Source: Eledone cirrhosa | Taxonomy: Eukaryota | Direction: 5' to 3' | DNA length: 64,000 bases | Assembly (NCBI GenBank): GCA_964016885.1 | Contig: OZ024754.1 | Coordinates: forward strand, 19,902,001 to 19,966,000 | Shown: positions 26,581-40,200 of the stretch, piece by piece | How the letters are laid out: each line of letters begins with the position of its first letter | Position numbering within the stretch: position 1 is the stretch's first letter | The notes under the pieces: generated by a model | Told to the model about the DNA's origin: nothing | Databases searched by the model: none | The model's input: only the letters and a program-made list of their open reading frames with translations | Made by a program: the position numbers and the translations under genes

Positions 26581-29511
26581 TGATATAGTTATAGTTACTT
26601 TAGTTTCAACATAGTCACAGATCAAGTCACTTGCCAGACATGTACAACTGTGGCTAAAATGACTCTTCCATGATATAGTTACTTTAGTTTCAACACAGTC
26701 TCAGATCAAGTCACTTTCCAGACATGTACAACTGTGGCTAAAATGACTGTTCAATGATATAGTTACTTTAGTTTCAACACAGACTCAGATCAAGTCACTT
26801 GCCAGACATGTACAACTGTGGCTAAAATGACTCCTCCATGAAAAAGTTACTTTAGTTTCAACACAGTCACAGAACAGGTCACTTGCCAGACATGTACAAC
26901 TGTGGCTAAAATGACTCTTCCATGACATAGTTACTTTAGTTTCAACATAGTCACAGATCAAGTCACTTGCCAGACATGTACAACTGTGGCTAAAATGACT
27001 CTTCCATGACATAGTTACTTTAGTTTCAACATAGTCACAGATCAATTCACTTGCCAGACATGTACAACTGTGGCTAAAATGACTCTTCCATGATATAGTT
27101 ACTTTAGTTTCAACACAGTTTCAGATCAGGTCACTTGCCAGACACGTACAACTTCGGCTAAAATGACTCTTCCATGATATATTTACTTTAGTTTCAACAC
27201 ACTTTCAGATCAAGTCACTTGCCAGACATGTACAACACTGGCTAAAATGAGTCTTCCATGATATAGTTACTTTAGTTTCAACACTGTCTTAGATCAAGTC
27301 ACTTTCCAGACTGTGGCTAAAATGACTCTTCCATGATATAGTTACTTTAGTTTCAAAACAGTCTCAGATCAAGTCACTTGCCAGACATGTATAACTGTGG
27401 CTAAAATGACTCTTCCATGATATAGTTACTTTAGATTCAACACAGTCTCAGATCAAGTCACTGGCCAGACATGTACAACTGTGGCTAAAATCACTCTTCC
27501 ATGATATAGTTACTTTAGTTTCAACACAATCTCAAATCAAGTCACTGGCCAGAAATGTACAACTGCGGCTAAAATGACTCTTCCATGATATAGTTACTTT
27601 AGTTTCAACACAATCTCAGATCAAGTCACTGGCCAGACATGTACAACTGTGGCTAAAATGACTCTTCCATGATATAGTTACTTTAGTTTCAACACAATCT
27701 CAGATCAAGGCACTTTCCAGACATGTACAACTGTGGCTAAAATGACTCCTCCATGATATAGAGACTTTAGTTTCAACACAGTCACAGAACAAGTAACTTG
27801 CCAGACATGTACAACTATGGCTAAAATGACTCTTCCATGATATAGTTACTTTAGTTTCAACACAATCTCAGATCAAGTCACTTGCCAGACACGTACAACT
27901 GTGGCTAAAATGACTCTCCCATGATATAGTTATTTAGTTTCAACACAGTCACAGATCAAGTCACTTGCCAGACATGTACAACTGTGACTAAAATGACGCT
28001 TCCATGATATAGTTACTTTAGTTTCAACACAGTCTCAGATCAAGTCACTTGCCAGACATGTACAACTGTGGTTAAAATGACTCTTCCATGATATAGTTAC
28101 TTTAGTTTCAACACAGTCTCAGAACAAGTTACTTGCCAGACATGTACGACTGTGGCTAAAATGACTCTGCCATGATATAGTTACTTTAGTTTCAACACAA
28201 TCTCAGATCAAGTCACTTGACAGACATGTACAACTGTGGCTAAAATGACGCTTCCACGATATAGTTACTTTAGTTTCAACACAGTCTCAGATCAAGTCAC
28301 TTGCCAGACATGTACAACTGTGACTAAAATGACTCTTCCATGAAAAAGTTACTTTAGTTTCAACACAGACTCAGATAAAGTCACTTGCCAAACATGAACA
28401 ACTGTGGCTAAAATGACTCTGCCATGATACAGTTACTTTAGTTTCAACATAGTCTCAGATCAAGTTACTTGCTAGATATGTACAACTGTGGCTAAAATGA
28501 CTCTGCCATGATATAGTTACTTTAGTTTCAACACAATCTCAGATCAAGTCACTTGACAGACATGTACAACTGTGGCTAAAATGACGCTTCCACGATATAG
28601 TTACTTTAGTTTCAACACAGTCTCAGATCAAGTCACTTGCCAGACATGTACAACTTTGGCTAAAATGACTCTTCCATGATATAGTTACCTTAGTTTCAAC
28701 ACAGTCTCAGATCATGTTACTTGCTAGACATGTACAACTGTGGCTGAAATGACTCTTCCTTGGTATAGTTGCTTTAGGTTCAACACAATCTCAGATCAAG
28801 TCACTTGCCAGACATGTACAACTGTGGCTAAAATGACTCTTCAATGATATAGTTACTTTAGTTTCAACACAGTCTCAGATCAAGTCACTTACCAGCCATG
28901 TACAAGTGTGGCTAAAATGACTTTTCCATGATATAGTTACTTTAGTTTCAACACAATCTCAGATCAAGTCACTTACCAGACATGTACAACTGTGGCTAAA
29001 ATGACTCTTCCATGATATAGTTACTTTAGTTTCAACACAGTCACAGATCAAGTCACTTGCCAGACATGTACAACTGTGGCTAAAATGACTCTTCCATGAT
29101 ATAGTTACTTTAGTTTCAACACAATCTCAGATCAAGCAACTTGCCAGACATGTACAACTGTGGTTAAATGACTCTTCCGTGATATAGTTACTTTAGTTTC
29201 AACACAATCTCAGATCAAGTCACTTGCCAGACATGTACAACTGTGGCTAAAAGTACTTTTCCTTGGTATAGTTACTTTAGTTTCAACACAATCTCTGATC
29301 AAGTCACTTTCCAGACATGTACAACTGTGGATAAAATGACCTTTCTATGATATAGTTACTTTAGTTTCAACACAGTCTTAGATGAAGTCACTTGGCAGAC
29401 TGTGGCTAAAATGACTATTCCATGATATAGTTACATTAGTTTCAACATAGTCTCAGATCAAGTTACTTGCCAGACATGTACAACTGTGGCTAAAATGACT
29501 CTTCCATGACA

Positions 29512-32500
29512 TAGTTACTTTAGTTTCAACACAGTCTCAGATCAAGTCACTTGCCAGACATGTACAACTTTGGCTAAAATGACTCTTCCATGATATAGTT
29601 ACCTTAGTTTCAACACAGTCTCAGATCATGTTACTTGCTAGACATGTACAACTGTGGCTAAAATGACTCTTCCTTGGTATAGTTACTTTAGTTTCAACAC
29701 AATCTCAGATCAAGTCACTTGCCAGACATGTACAACTGTGGCTAAAATGACTCTTCCATGATATAGTTACTTTAGTTTCAACACAGTTTCCGATCAAGTC
29801 ACTTGCCAGACATGTACAACTGTGGCTAAAATGACTCTTCCATGATATAGTTACTTTAGTTTCAACACAGTCTCAGATCAAGTCACTTACCAGCCATGTA
29901 CAACTGTGGCTAAAATGACTTTTCCATGATATAGTTACATTAGTTTCAACACAATCTCAGATCAAGTCACTTACCAGACATGTACAACTGTGGCTAAAAT
30001 GACTCTTCCATGATATAGTTACTTTAGTTTCAACACAGTCACAGATCAAGTCACTTGCCAGACATGTACAACTGTGGCTAAAATGACTCTTCCATGATAT
30101 AGTTACTTTAGTTTCAACACAGTCTCAGATCAAGTCACTTACCAGACATGTACAACTGTGGCTAAAATGACTCTTCCATGATATGGAGACGTTTGATTCA
30201 ACACAGTCACAGAACAAGTCTCTTGCCAGACATGTACAACTGTGGCTAAAATGACTCTTCCATGACATAGTTACTTTAGTTTCAACATAATCACAGATCA
30301 AGTCACTTGCCAGACATGTACAACTGTGGCTAAAATGAGTCTTCCATGACATATTTACTTTAGTTTCAACATAGTCACAGATCAAATCACTTGCCAGACA
30401 TGTACAACTGTGGCTAAAATGACTCTTCCATAATATAGTTACTTTAGTTTCAAAACAGTCTCAGATCAAGTCACTTGCCAGACATGTATAACTGTGGCTA
30501 AAATGACTCTTCCATGATATAGTTACTTTAGTTTCAACACAGTCTCAGATCAAGTCACTTACCAGACATGTACAACTGTGGCTAAAATGATTCTTCCATG
30601 ATATAGTTACTTTAGTTTCAACACAGTTTCAGATCAAGTCACTTGCCAGACATGTACAACTGTGGTTAAAATTACTCTTCCATGATATAGTTACTTTAGT
30701 TTCAACACAGTCTCAGAACAAGTTACTTGCCAGACATGTACGACTGTGGCTAAAATGACTCTTCCATGAAAAAGTTACTTTAGTTTCAACACAGACTCAG
30801 ATAAAGTCACTTGCCAAACATGAACAACTGTGGCTAAAATGACTCTTCCATGATACAGTTACTTTAGTTTCAACATAGTCTCAGATCAAGTTACTTGCCA
30901 GATATGTACAACTGTGGCTAAAATGACTCTGCCATGATATAGTTACTTTAGTTTCAACACAATCTCAGATCAAGTCACTTGACAGACATGTACAACTGTG
31001 GCTAAAATGACGCTTCCACGATATAGTTACTTTAGTTTCAACACAGTCTCAGATCAAGTCACTTGCCAGACATGTACAACTTTGGCTAAAATGACTCTTC
31101 CATGATATAGTTACCTTAGTTTCAACACAGTCTCAGATCATGTTACTTGCTAGACATGTACAACTGTGGCTGAAATGACTCTTCCTTGGTATAGTTGCTT
31201 TAGTTTCAACACAATCTCAGATCAAGTCACTTGCCAGACATGTACAACTGTGGCTAAAATGACTCTTCAATGATATAGTTACTTTAGTTTCAACACAGTC
31301 TCAGATCAAGTCACTTACCAGCCATGTACAAGTGTGGCTAAAATGACTTTTCCATGATATAGTTACTTTAGTTTCAACACAATCTCAGATCAAGTCACTT
31401 GCCAGACATGTACAACTGTGGCTAAAATGACTCTTCCATGATATAGTTACTTTAGTTTCAACACAGTCACAGATCAAGTCACTTGCCAGACATGTACAAC
31501 TGTGGCTAAAATGACTCTTCCATGATATAGTTACTTTAGTTTCAACACAATCTCAGATCAAGCAACTTGCCAGACATGTACAACTGTGGTTAAATGACTC
31601 TTCCGTGATATAGTTACTTTAGTTTCAACACAGTTTCAGATCAGGTCACTTGCCAAACATTAACAACTGTGGCTAAAATGACTCTTCCATGATATACTTA
31701 CTTTAGTTTCAACACAATCTCAGATCAAGTCACTTGCCAGACATGTACAACTGTGGCTAAAAGTACTTTTCCTTGGTATAGTTAATTTAGTTTCAACACA
31801 ATCTCTGATCATGTCACTTTCCAGACATGTACAACTGTGGATAAAATGACTTTTCTATGATATAGTTACTTTAGTTTCAACACAGTCTTAGATGAAGTCA
31901 CTTGGCAGACTGTGGCTAAAATGACTATTCCATGATATAGTTACATTAGTTTCAACATAGTCTCAGATCAAGTTACTTGCCAGACATGTACAACTGTGGC
32001 TAAAATGACTCTTCCATGACATAGTTACTTTAGTTTCAACACAGTCTCAGATCAAGTCACTTGCCAGACATGTACAACTTTGGCTAAAATGACTCTTCCA
32101 TGATATAGTTACCTTAGTTTCAACACAGTCTCAGATCATGTTACTTGCTAGACATGTACAACTGTGGCTAAAATGACTCTTCCTTGGTATAGTTACTTTA
32201 GTTTCAACACAATCTCAGATCAAGTCACTTGCCAGACATGTACAACTGTGGCTAAAATGACTCTTCCATGATATAGTTACTTTAGTTTCAACACAGTTTC
32301 CGATCAAGTCACTTGCCAGACATGTACAACTGTGGCTAAAATGACTCTTCCATGATATAGTTACTTTAGTTTCAACACAGTCTCAGATCAAGTCACTTAC
32401 CAGCCATGTACAACTGTGGCTAAAATGACTTTTCCATGATATAGTTACATTAGTTTCAACACAATCTCAGATCAAGTCACTTACCAGACATGTACAACTG

Positions 32501-35500
32501 TGGCTAAAATGACTCTTCCATGATATAGTTACTTTAGTTTCAACACAGTCACAGATCAAGTCACTTGCCAGACATGTACAGCTGTGGCTAAAATGACTCT
32601 TCCATGATATAGTTACTTTAGTTTCAACACAGTCTCAGATCAAGTCACTTACCAGACATGTACAACTGTGGCTAAAATGACTCTTCCATGATATGGAGAC
32701 GTTTGATTCAACACAGTCACAGAACAAGTCTCTTGCCAGACATGTACAACTGTGGCTAAAATGACTCTTCCATGACATAGTTACTTTAGTTTCAACATAA
32801 TCACAGATCAAGTCACTTGCCAGACATGTACAACTGTGGCTAAAATGAGTCTTCCATGACATAGTTACTTTAGTTTCAACATAGTCACAGATCAAATCAC
32901 TTGCCAGACATGTACAACTGTGGCTAAAATGACTCTTCCATAATATAGTTACTTTAGTTTCAAAACAGTCTCAGATCAAGTCACTTGCCAGACATGTATA
33001 ACTGTGGCTAAAATGACTCTTCCATGATATAGTTACTTTAGTTTCAACACAGTCTCAGATCAAGTCACTTACCAGACATGTACAACTGTGGCTAAAATGA
33101 TTCTTCCATGATATAGTTACTTTAGTTTCAACACAGTTTCAGATCAAGTCACTTGCCAGACATGTACAACTGTGGCTAAAATTACTCTTCCATGATATAG
33201 TTACTTTAGTTTCAACACAATCTCAAATCAAGTCACTGGCCAGAAATGTACAACTGCGGCTAAAATGACTCTTCCATGATATAGTTACTTTAGTTTCAAC
33301 ACAATCTCAGATCAAGTCACTGGCCAGACATGTACAACTGTGGCTAAAATGACTCTTCCATGATATAGTTACTTTAGTTTCAACACAGTCTCAGATCAAG
33401 TCACTTGCCAGACATGTACAACTTTGGCTAAAATGACTCTTCCATGATATAGTTACCTTAGTTTCAACACAGTCTCAGATCATGTTACTTGCTAGACATG
33501 TACAACTGTGGCTAAAATGACTCTTCCTTGGTATAGTTACTTTAGTTTCAACACAATCTCAGATCAAGTCACTTGCCAGACATGTACAACTGTGGCTAAA
33601 ATGACTCTTCCATGATATAGTTACTTTAGTTTCAACACAGTTTCCGATCAAGTCACTTGCCAGACATGTACAACTGTGGCTAAAATGACTCTTCCATGAT
33701 ATAGTTACTTTAGTTTCAACACAGTCTCAGATCAAGTCACTTACCAGCCATGTACAACTGTGGCTAAAATGACTTTTCCATGATATAGTTACATTAGTTT
33801 CAACACAATCTCAGATCAAGTCACTTACCAGACATGTACAACTGTGGCTAAAATGACTCTTCCATGATATAGTTACTTTAGTTTCAACACAGTCACAGAT
33901 CAAGTCACTTGCCAGACATGTACAACTGTGGCTAAAATGACTCTTCCATGATATAGTTACTTTAGTTTCAACACAGTCTCAGATCAAGTCACTTACCAGA
34001 CATGTACAACTGTGGCTAAAATGACTCTTCCATGATATGGAGACGTTTGATTCAACACAGTCACAGAACAAGTCTCTTGCCAGACATGTACAACTGTGGC
34101 TAAAATGACTCTTCCATGACATAGTTACTTTAGTTTCAACATAATCACAGATCAAGTCACTTGCCAGACATGTACAACTGTGGCTAAAATGAGTCTTCCA
34201 TGACATATTTACTTTAGTTTCAACATAGTCACAGATCAAATCACTTGCCAGACATGTACAACTGTGGCTAAAATGACTCTTCCATAATATAGTTACTTTA
34301 GTTTCAAAACAGTCTCAGATCAAGTCACTTGCCAGACATGTATAACTGTGGCTAAAATGACTCTTCCATGATATAGTTACTTTAGTTTCAACACAGTCTC
34401 AGATCAAGTCACTTACCAGACATGTACAACTGTGGCTAAAATGATTCTTCCATGATATAGTTACTTTAGTTTCAACACAGTTTCAGATCAAGTCACTTGC
34501 CAGACATGTACAACTGTGGTTAAAATTACTCTTCCATGATATAGTTACTTTAGTTTCAACACAGTCTCAGAACAAGTTACTTGCCAGACATGTACGACTG
34601 TGGCTAAAATGACTCTTCCATGAAAAAGTTACTTTAGTTTCAACACAGACTCAGATAAAGTCACTTGCCAAACATGAACAACTGTGGCTAAAATGACTCT
34701 TCCATGATACAGTTACTTTAGTTTCAACATAGTCTCAGATCAAGTTACTTGCCAGATATGTACAACTGTGGCTAAAATGACTCTGCCATGATATAGTTAC
34801 TTTAGTTTCAACACAATCTCAGATCAAGTCACTTGACAGACATGTACAACTGTGGCTAAAATGACGCTTCCACGATATAGTTACTTTAGTTTCAACACAG
34901 TCTCAGATCAAGTCACTTGCCAGACATGTACAACTTTGGCTAAAATGACTCTTCCATGATATAGTTACCTTAGTTTCAACACAGTCTCAGATCATGTTAC
35001 TTGCTAGACATGTACAACTGTGGCTGAAATGACTCTTCCTTGGTATAGTTGCTTTAGTTTCAACACAATCTCAGATCAAGTCACTTGCCAGACATGTACA
35101 ACTGTGGCTAAAATGACTCTTCAATGATATAGTTACTTTAGTTTCAACACAGTCTCAGATCAAGTCACTTACCAGCCATGTACAAGTGTGGCTAAAATGA
35201 CTTTTCCATGATATAGTTACTTTAGTTTCAACACAATCTCAGATCAAGTCACTTGCCAGACATGTACAACTGTGGCTAAAATGACTCTTCCATGATATAG
35301 TTACTTTAGTTTCAACACAGTCACAGATCAAGTCACTTGCCAGACATGTACAACTGTGGCTAAAATGACTCTTCCATGATATAGTTACTTTAGTTTCAAC
35401 ACAATCTCAGATCAAGCAACTTGCCAGACATGTACAACTGTGGTTAAATGACTCTTCCGTGATATAGTTACTTTAGTTTCAACACAGTTTCAGATCAGGT

Positions 35501-37220
35501 CACTTGCCAAACATTAACAACTGTGGCTAAAATGACTCTTCCATGATATACTTACTTTAGTTTCAACACAATCTCAGATCAAGTCACTTGCCAGACATGT
35601 ACAACTGTGGCTAAAAGTACTTTTCCTTGGTATAGTTAATTTAGTTTCAACACAATCTCTGATCATGTCACTTTCCAGACATGTACAACTGTGGATAAAA
35701 TGACTTTTCTATGATATAGTTACTTTAGTTTCAACACAGTCTTAGATGAAGTCACTTGGCAGACTGTGGCTAAAATGACTATTCCATGATATAGTTACAT
35801 TAGTTTCAACATAGTCTCAGATCAAGTTACTTGCCAGACATGTACAACTGTGGCTAAAATGACTCTTCCATGACATAGTTACTTTAGTTTCAACACAGTC
35901 TCAGATCAAGTCACTTGCCAGACATGTACAACTTTGGCTAAAATGACTCTTCCATGATATAGTTACCTTAGTTTCAACACAGTCTCAGATCATGTTACTT
36001 GCTAGACATGTACAACTGTGGCTAAAATGACTCTTCCTTGGTATAGTTACTTTAGTTTCAACACAATCTCAGATCAAGTCACTTGCCAGACATGTACAAC
36101 TGTGGCTAAAATGACTCTTCCATGATATAGTTACTTTAGTTTCAACACAGTTTCCGATCAAGTCACTTGCCAGACATGTACAACTGTGGCTAAAATGACT
36201 CTTCCATGATATAGTTACTTTAGTTTCAACACAGTCTCAGATCAAGTCACTTACCAGCCATGTACAACTGTGGCTAAAATGACTTTTCCATGATATAGTT
36301 ACATTAGTTTCAACACAATCTCAGATCAAGTCACTTACCAGACATGTACAACTGTGGCTAAAATGACTCTTCCATGATATAGTTACTTTAGTTTCAACAC
36401 AGTCACAGATCAAGTCACTTGCCAGACATGTACAGCTGTGGCTAAAATGACTCTTCCATGATATAGTTACTTTAGTTTCAACACAGTCTCAGATCAAGTC
36501 ACTTACCAGACATGTACAACTGTGGCTAAAATGACTCTTCCATGATATGGAGACGTTTGATTCAACACAGTCACAGAACAAGTCTCTTGCCAGACATGTA
36601 CAACTGTGGCTAAAATGACTCTTCCATGACATAGTTACTTTAGTTTCAACATAATCACAGATCAAGTCACTTGCCAGACATGTACAACTGTGGCTAAAAT
36701 GAGTCTTCCATGACATAGTTACTTTAGTTTCAACATAGTCACAGATCAAATCACTTGCCAGACATGTACAACTGTGGCTAAAATGACTCTTCCATAATAT
36801 AGTTACTTTAGTTTCAAAACAGTCTCAGATCAAGTCACTTGCCAGACATGTATAACTGTGGCTAAAATGACTCTTCCATGATATAGTTACTTTAGTTTCA
36901 ACACAGTCTCAGATCAAGTCACTTACCAGACATGTACAACTGTGGCTAAAATGATTCTTCCATGATATAGTTACTTTAGTTTCAACACAGTTTCAGATCA
37001 AGTCACTTGCCAGACATGTACAACTGTGGCTAAAATTACTCTTCCATGATATAGTTACTTTAGTTTCAACACAATCTCAAATCAAGTCACTGGCCAGAAA
37101 TGTACAACTGCGGCTAAAATGACTCTTCCATGATATAGTTACTTTAGTTTCAACACAATCTCAGATCAAGTCACTGGCCAGACATGTACAACTGTGGCTA
37201 AAATGACTCTTCCATGATAT
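29512..37220. repeat. 46-monomer (3,854-bp) near-perfect tandem duplication
   Basis: Marker blocks at 30125/33979 (both with the private GACATATTTAC variant) and 32635/36489, and the private ACAGCTG variant at 32581/36435, all give an offset of 3,854. Confidence 0.88.
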
Positions 37221-40200
37221 AGTTACTTTAGTTTCAACACAATCTCAGATCAAGGCACTTTCCAGACATGTACAACTGTGGCTAAAATGACTCCTCCATG
37301 ATATAGAGACTTTAGTTTCAACACAGTCACAGAACAAGTAACTTGCCAGACATGTACAACTATGGCTAAAATGACTCTTCCATGATATAGTTACTTTAGT
37401 TTCAACACAATCTCAGATCAAGTCACTTGCCAGACACGTACAACTGTGGCTAGAATGACTCTCCCATGATATAGTTATTTAGTTTCAACACAGTCACAGA
37501 TCAAGTCACTTGCCAGACATGTACAACTGTGGCTAAAATGACGCTTCCATGATATAGTTACTTTAGTTTCAACACAGTCTCAGATCAAGTCACTTGCCAG
37601 ACATGTACAACTGTGGTTAAAATGACTCTTCCATGATATAGTTACTTTAGTTTCAACACAGTCTCAGATCAAGTTACTTGCCAGACATGTACAACTGTGG
37701 CTAAAATGACTTTTCTATGATATAGTTACTTTAGTTTCAACACAATCTCAGATCAAGTCACTTTCCAGACATGAACAACTGTGGCTAAAATGACTTTTCT
37801 ATGATATAGTTACTTTAGTTTCAACACAGTCTCAGATCAAGTCACTTGCCAAACATGAACAACTGTGGCTAAAATGACTCTTCCATGATACAGTTACTTT
37901 AGTTTCAACATAGTCTCAGATCAAGTTACTTGCCAGATATGTACAACTGTGGCTAAAATGACTCTGCCATGATATAGTTACTTTAGATTCAACACAGTCT
38001 CAGATCAAGTCACTGGCCAGACATGTACAACTGTGGCTAAAATCACTCTTCCATGATATAGTTACTTTAGTTTCAACACAATCTCAAATCAAGTCACTGG
38101 CCAGAAATGTACAACTGCGGCTAAAATGACTCTTCCATGATATAGTTACTTTAGTTTCAACACAATCTCAGATCAAGTCACTGGCCAGACATGTACAACT
38201 GTGGCTAAAATGACTCTTCCATGATATAGTTACTTTAGTTTCAACACAATCTCAGATCAAGGCACTTTCCAGACATGTACAACTGTGGCTAAAATGACTC
38301 CTCCATGATATAGAGACTTTAGTTTCAACACAGTCACAGAACAAGTAACTTGCCAGACATGTACAACTATGGCTAAAATGACTCTTCCATGATATAGTTA
38401 CTTTAGTTTCAACACAATCTCAGATCAAGTCACTTGCCAGACACGTACAACTGTGGCTAAAATGACTCTCCCATGATATAGTTATTTAGTTTCAACACAG
38501 TCACAGATCAAGTCACTTGCCAGACATGTACAACTGTGGCTAAAATGACGCTTCCATGATATAGTTACTTTAGTTTCAACACAGTCTCAGATCAAGTCAC
38601 TTGCCAGACATGTACAACTGTGGTTAAAATGACTCTTCCATGATATAGTTACTTTAGTTTCAACACAGTCTCAGAACAAGTTACTTGCCAGACATGTACG
38701 ACTGTGGCTAAAATGACTCTTCCATGAAAAAGTTACTTTAGTTTCAACACAGACTCAGATAAAGTCACTTGCCAAACATGAACAACTGTGGCTAAAATGA
38801 GTCTTCCATGATACAGTTACTTTAGTTTCAACATAGTCTCAGATCAAGTTACTTGCCAGATATGTACAACTGTGGCTAAAATGACTCTGCCATGATATAG
38901 TTACTTTAGTTTCAACACAATCTCAGATCAAGTCACTTGACAGACATGTACAACTGTGGCTAAAATGACGCTTCCACGATATAGTTACTTTAGTTTCAAC
39001 ACAGTCTCAGATCAAGTCACTTGCCAGACATGTACAACTTTGGCTAAAATGACTCTTCCATGATATAGTTACCTTAGTTTCAACACAGTCTCAGATCATG
39101 TTACTTGCTAGACATGTACAACTGTGGCTGAAATGACTCTTCCTTGGTATAGTTACTTTAGTTTCAACACAATCTCAGATCAAGTCACTTGCCAGACATG
39201 TACAACTGTGGCTAAAATGACTCTTCAATGATATAGTTACTTTAGTTTCAACACAGTCTCAGATCAAGTCACTTACCAGCCATGTACAAGTGTGGCTAAA
39301 ATGACTTTTCCATGATATAGTTACTTTAGTTTCAACACAATCTCAGATCAAGTCACTTGCCAGACACGTACAACTGTGGCTAAAATGACTCTTCCATGAT
39401 ATAGTTACTTTAGTTTCAACACAGTCACAGATCAAGTCACTTGCCAGACATGTACAACTGTGGCTAAAATGACTCTTCCATGATATAGTTACTTTAGTTT
39501 CAACACAATCTCAGATCAAGCAACTTGCCAGACATGTACAACTGTGGTTAAATGACTCTTCCGTGATATAGTTACTTTAGTTTCAACACAGTTTCAGATC
39601 AGGTCACTTGCCAAACATTAACAACTGTGGCTAAAATGACTCTTCCATGATATACTTACTTTAGTTTCAACACAATCTCAGATCAAGTCACTTGCCAGAC
39701 ATGTACAACTGTGGCTAAAAGTACTTTTCCTTGGTATAGTTACTTTAGTTTCAACACAATCTCTGATCAAGTCACTTTCCAGACATGTACAACTGTGGAT
39801 AAAATGACTTTTCTATGATATAGTTACTTTAGTTTCAACACAGTCTTAGATGAAGTCACTTGGCAGACTGTGGCTAAAATGACTATTCCATGATATAGTT
39901 ACATTAGTTTCAACATAGTCTCAGATCAAGTTACTTGCCAGACATGTACAACTGTGGCTAAAATGACTCTTCCATGACATAGTTACTTTAGTTTCAACAC
40001 AGTCTCAGATCAAGTCACTTGCCAGACATGTACAACTTTGGCTAAAATGACTCTTCCATGATATAGTTACCTTAGTTTCAACACAGTCTCAGATCATGTT
40101 ACTTGCTAGACATGTACAACTGTGGCTAAAATGACTCTTCCTTGGTATAGTTACTTTAGTTTCAACACAATCTCAGATCAAGTCACTTGCCAGACATGTA

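Larger units (their letters stand above)
1..26584. repeat. Satellite domain A (variant family A)
   Basis: Diagnostic variants TTTGAACAC, ACATTCACAG, GACTATCCATG (83-bp monomer), CTTACCATAC, GATCATGACAC..TGTAAAACTGTAG and AAGTGTAGCAAAA are common here. I did not see them after ~26.6 kb. Confidence 0.9.
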
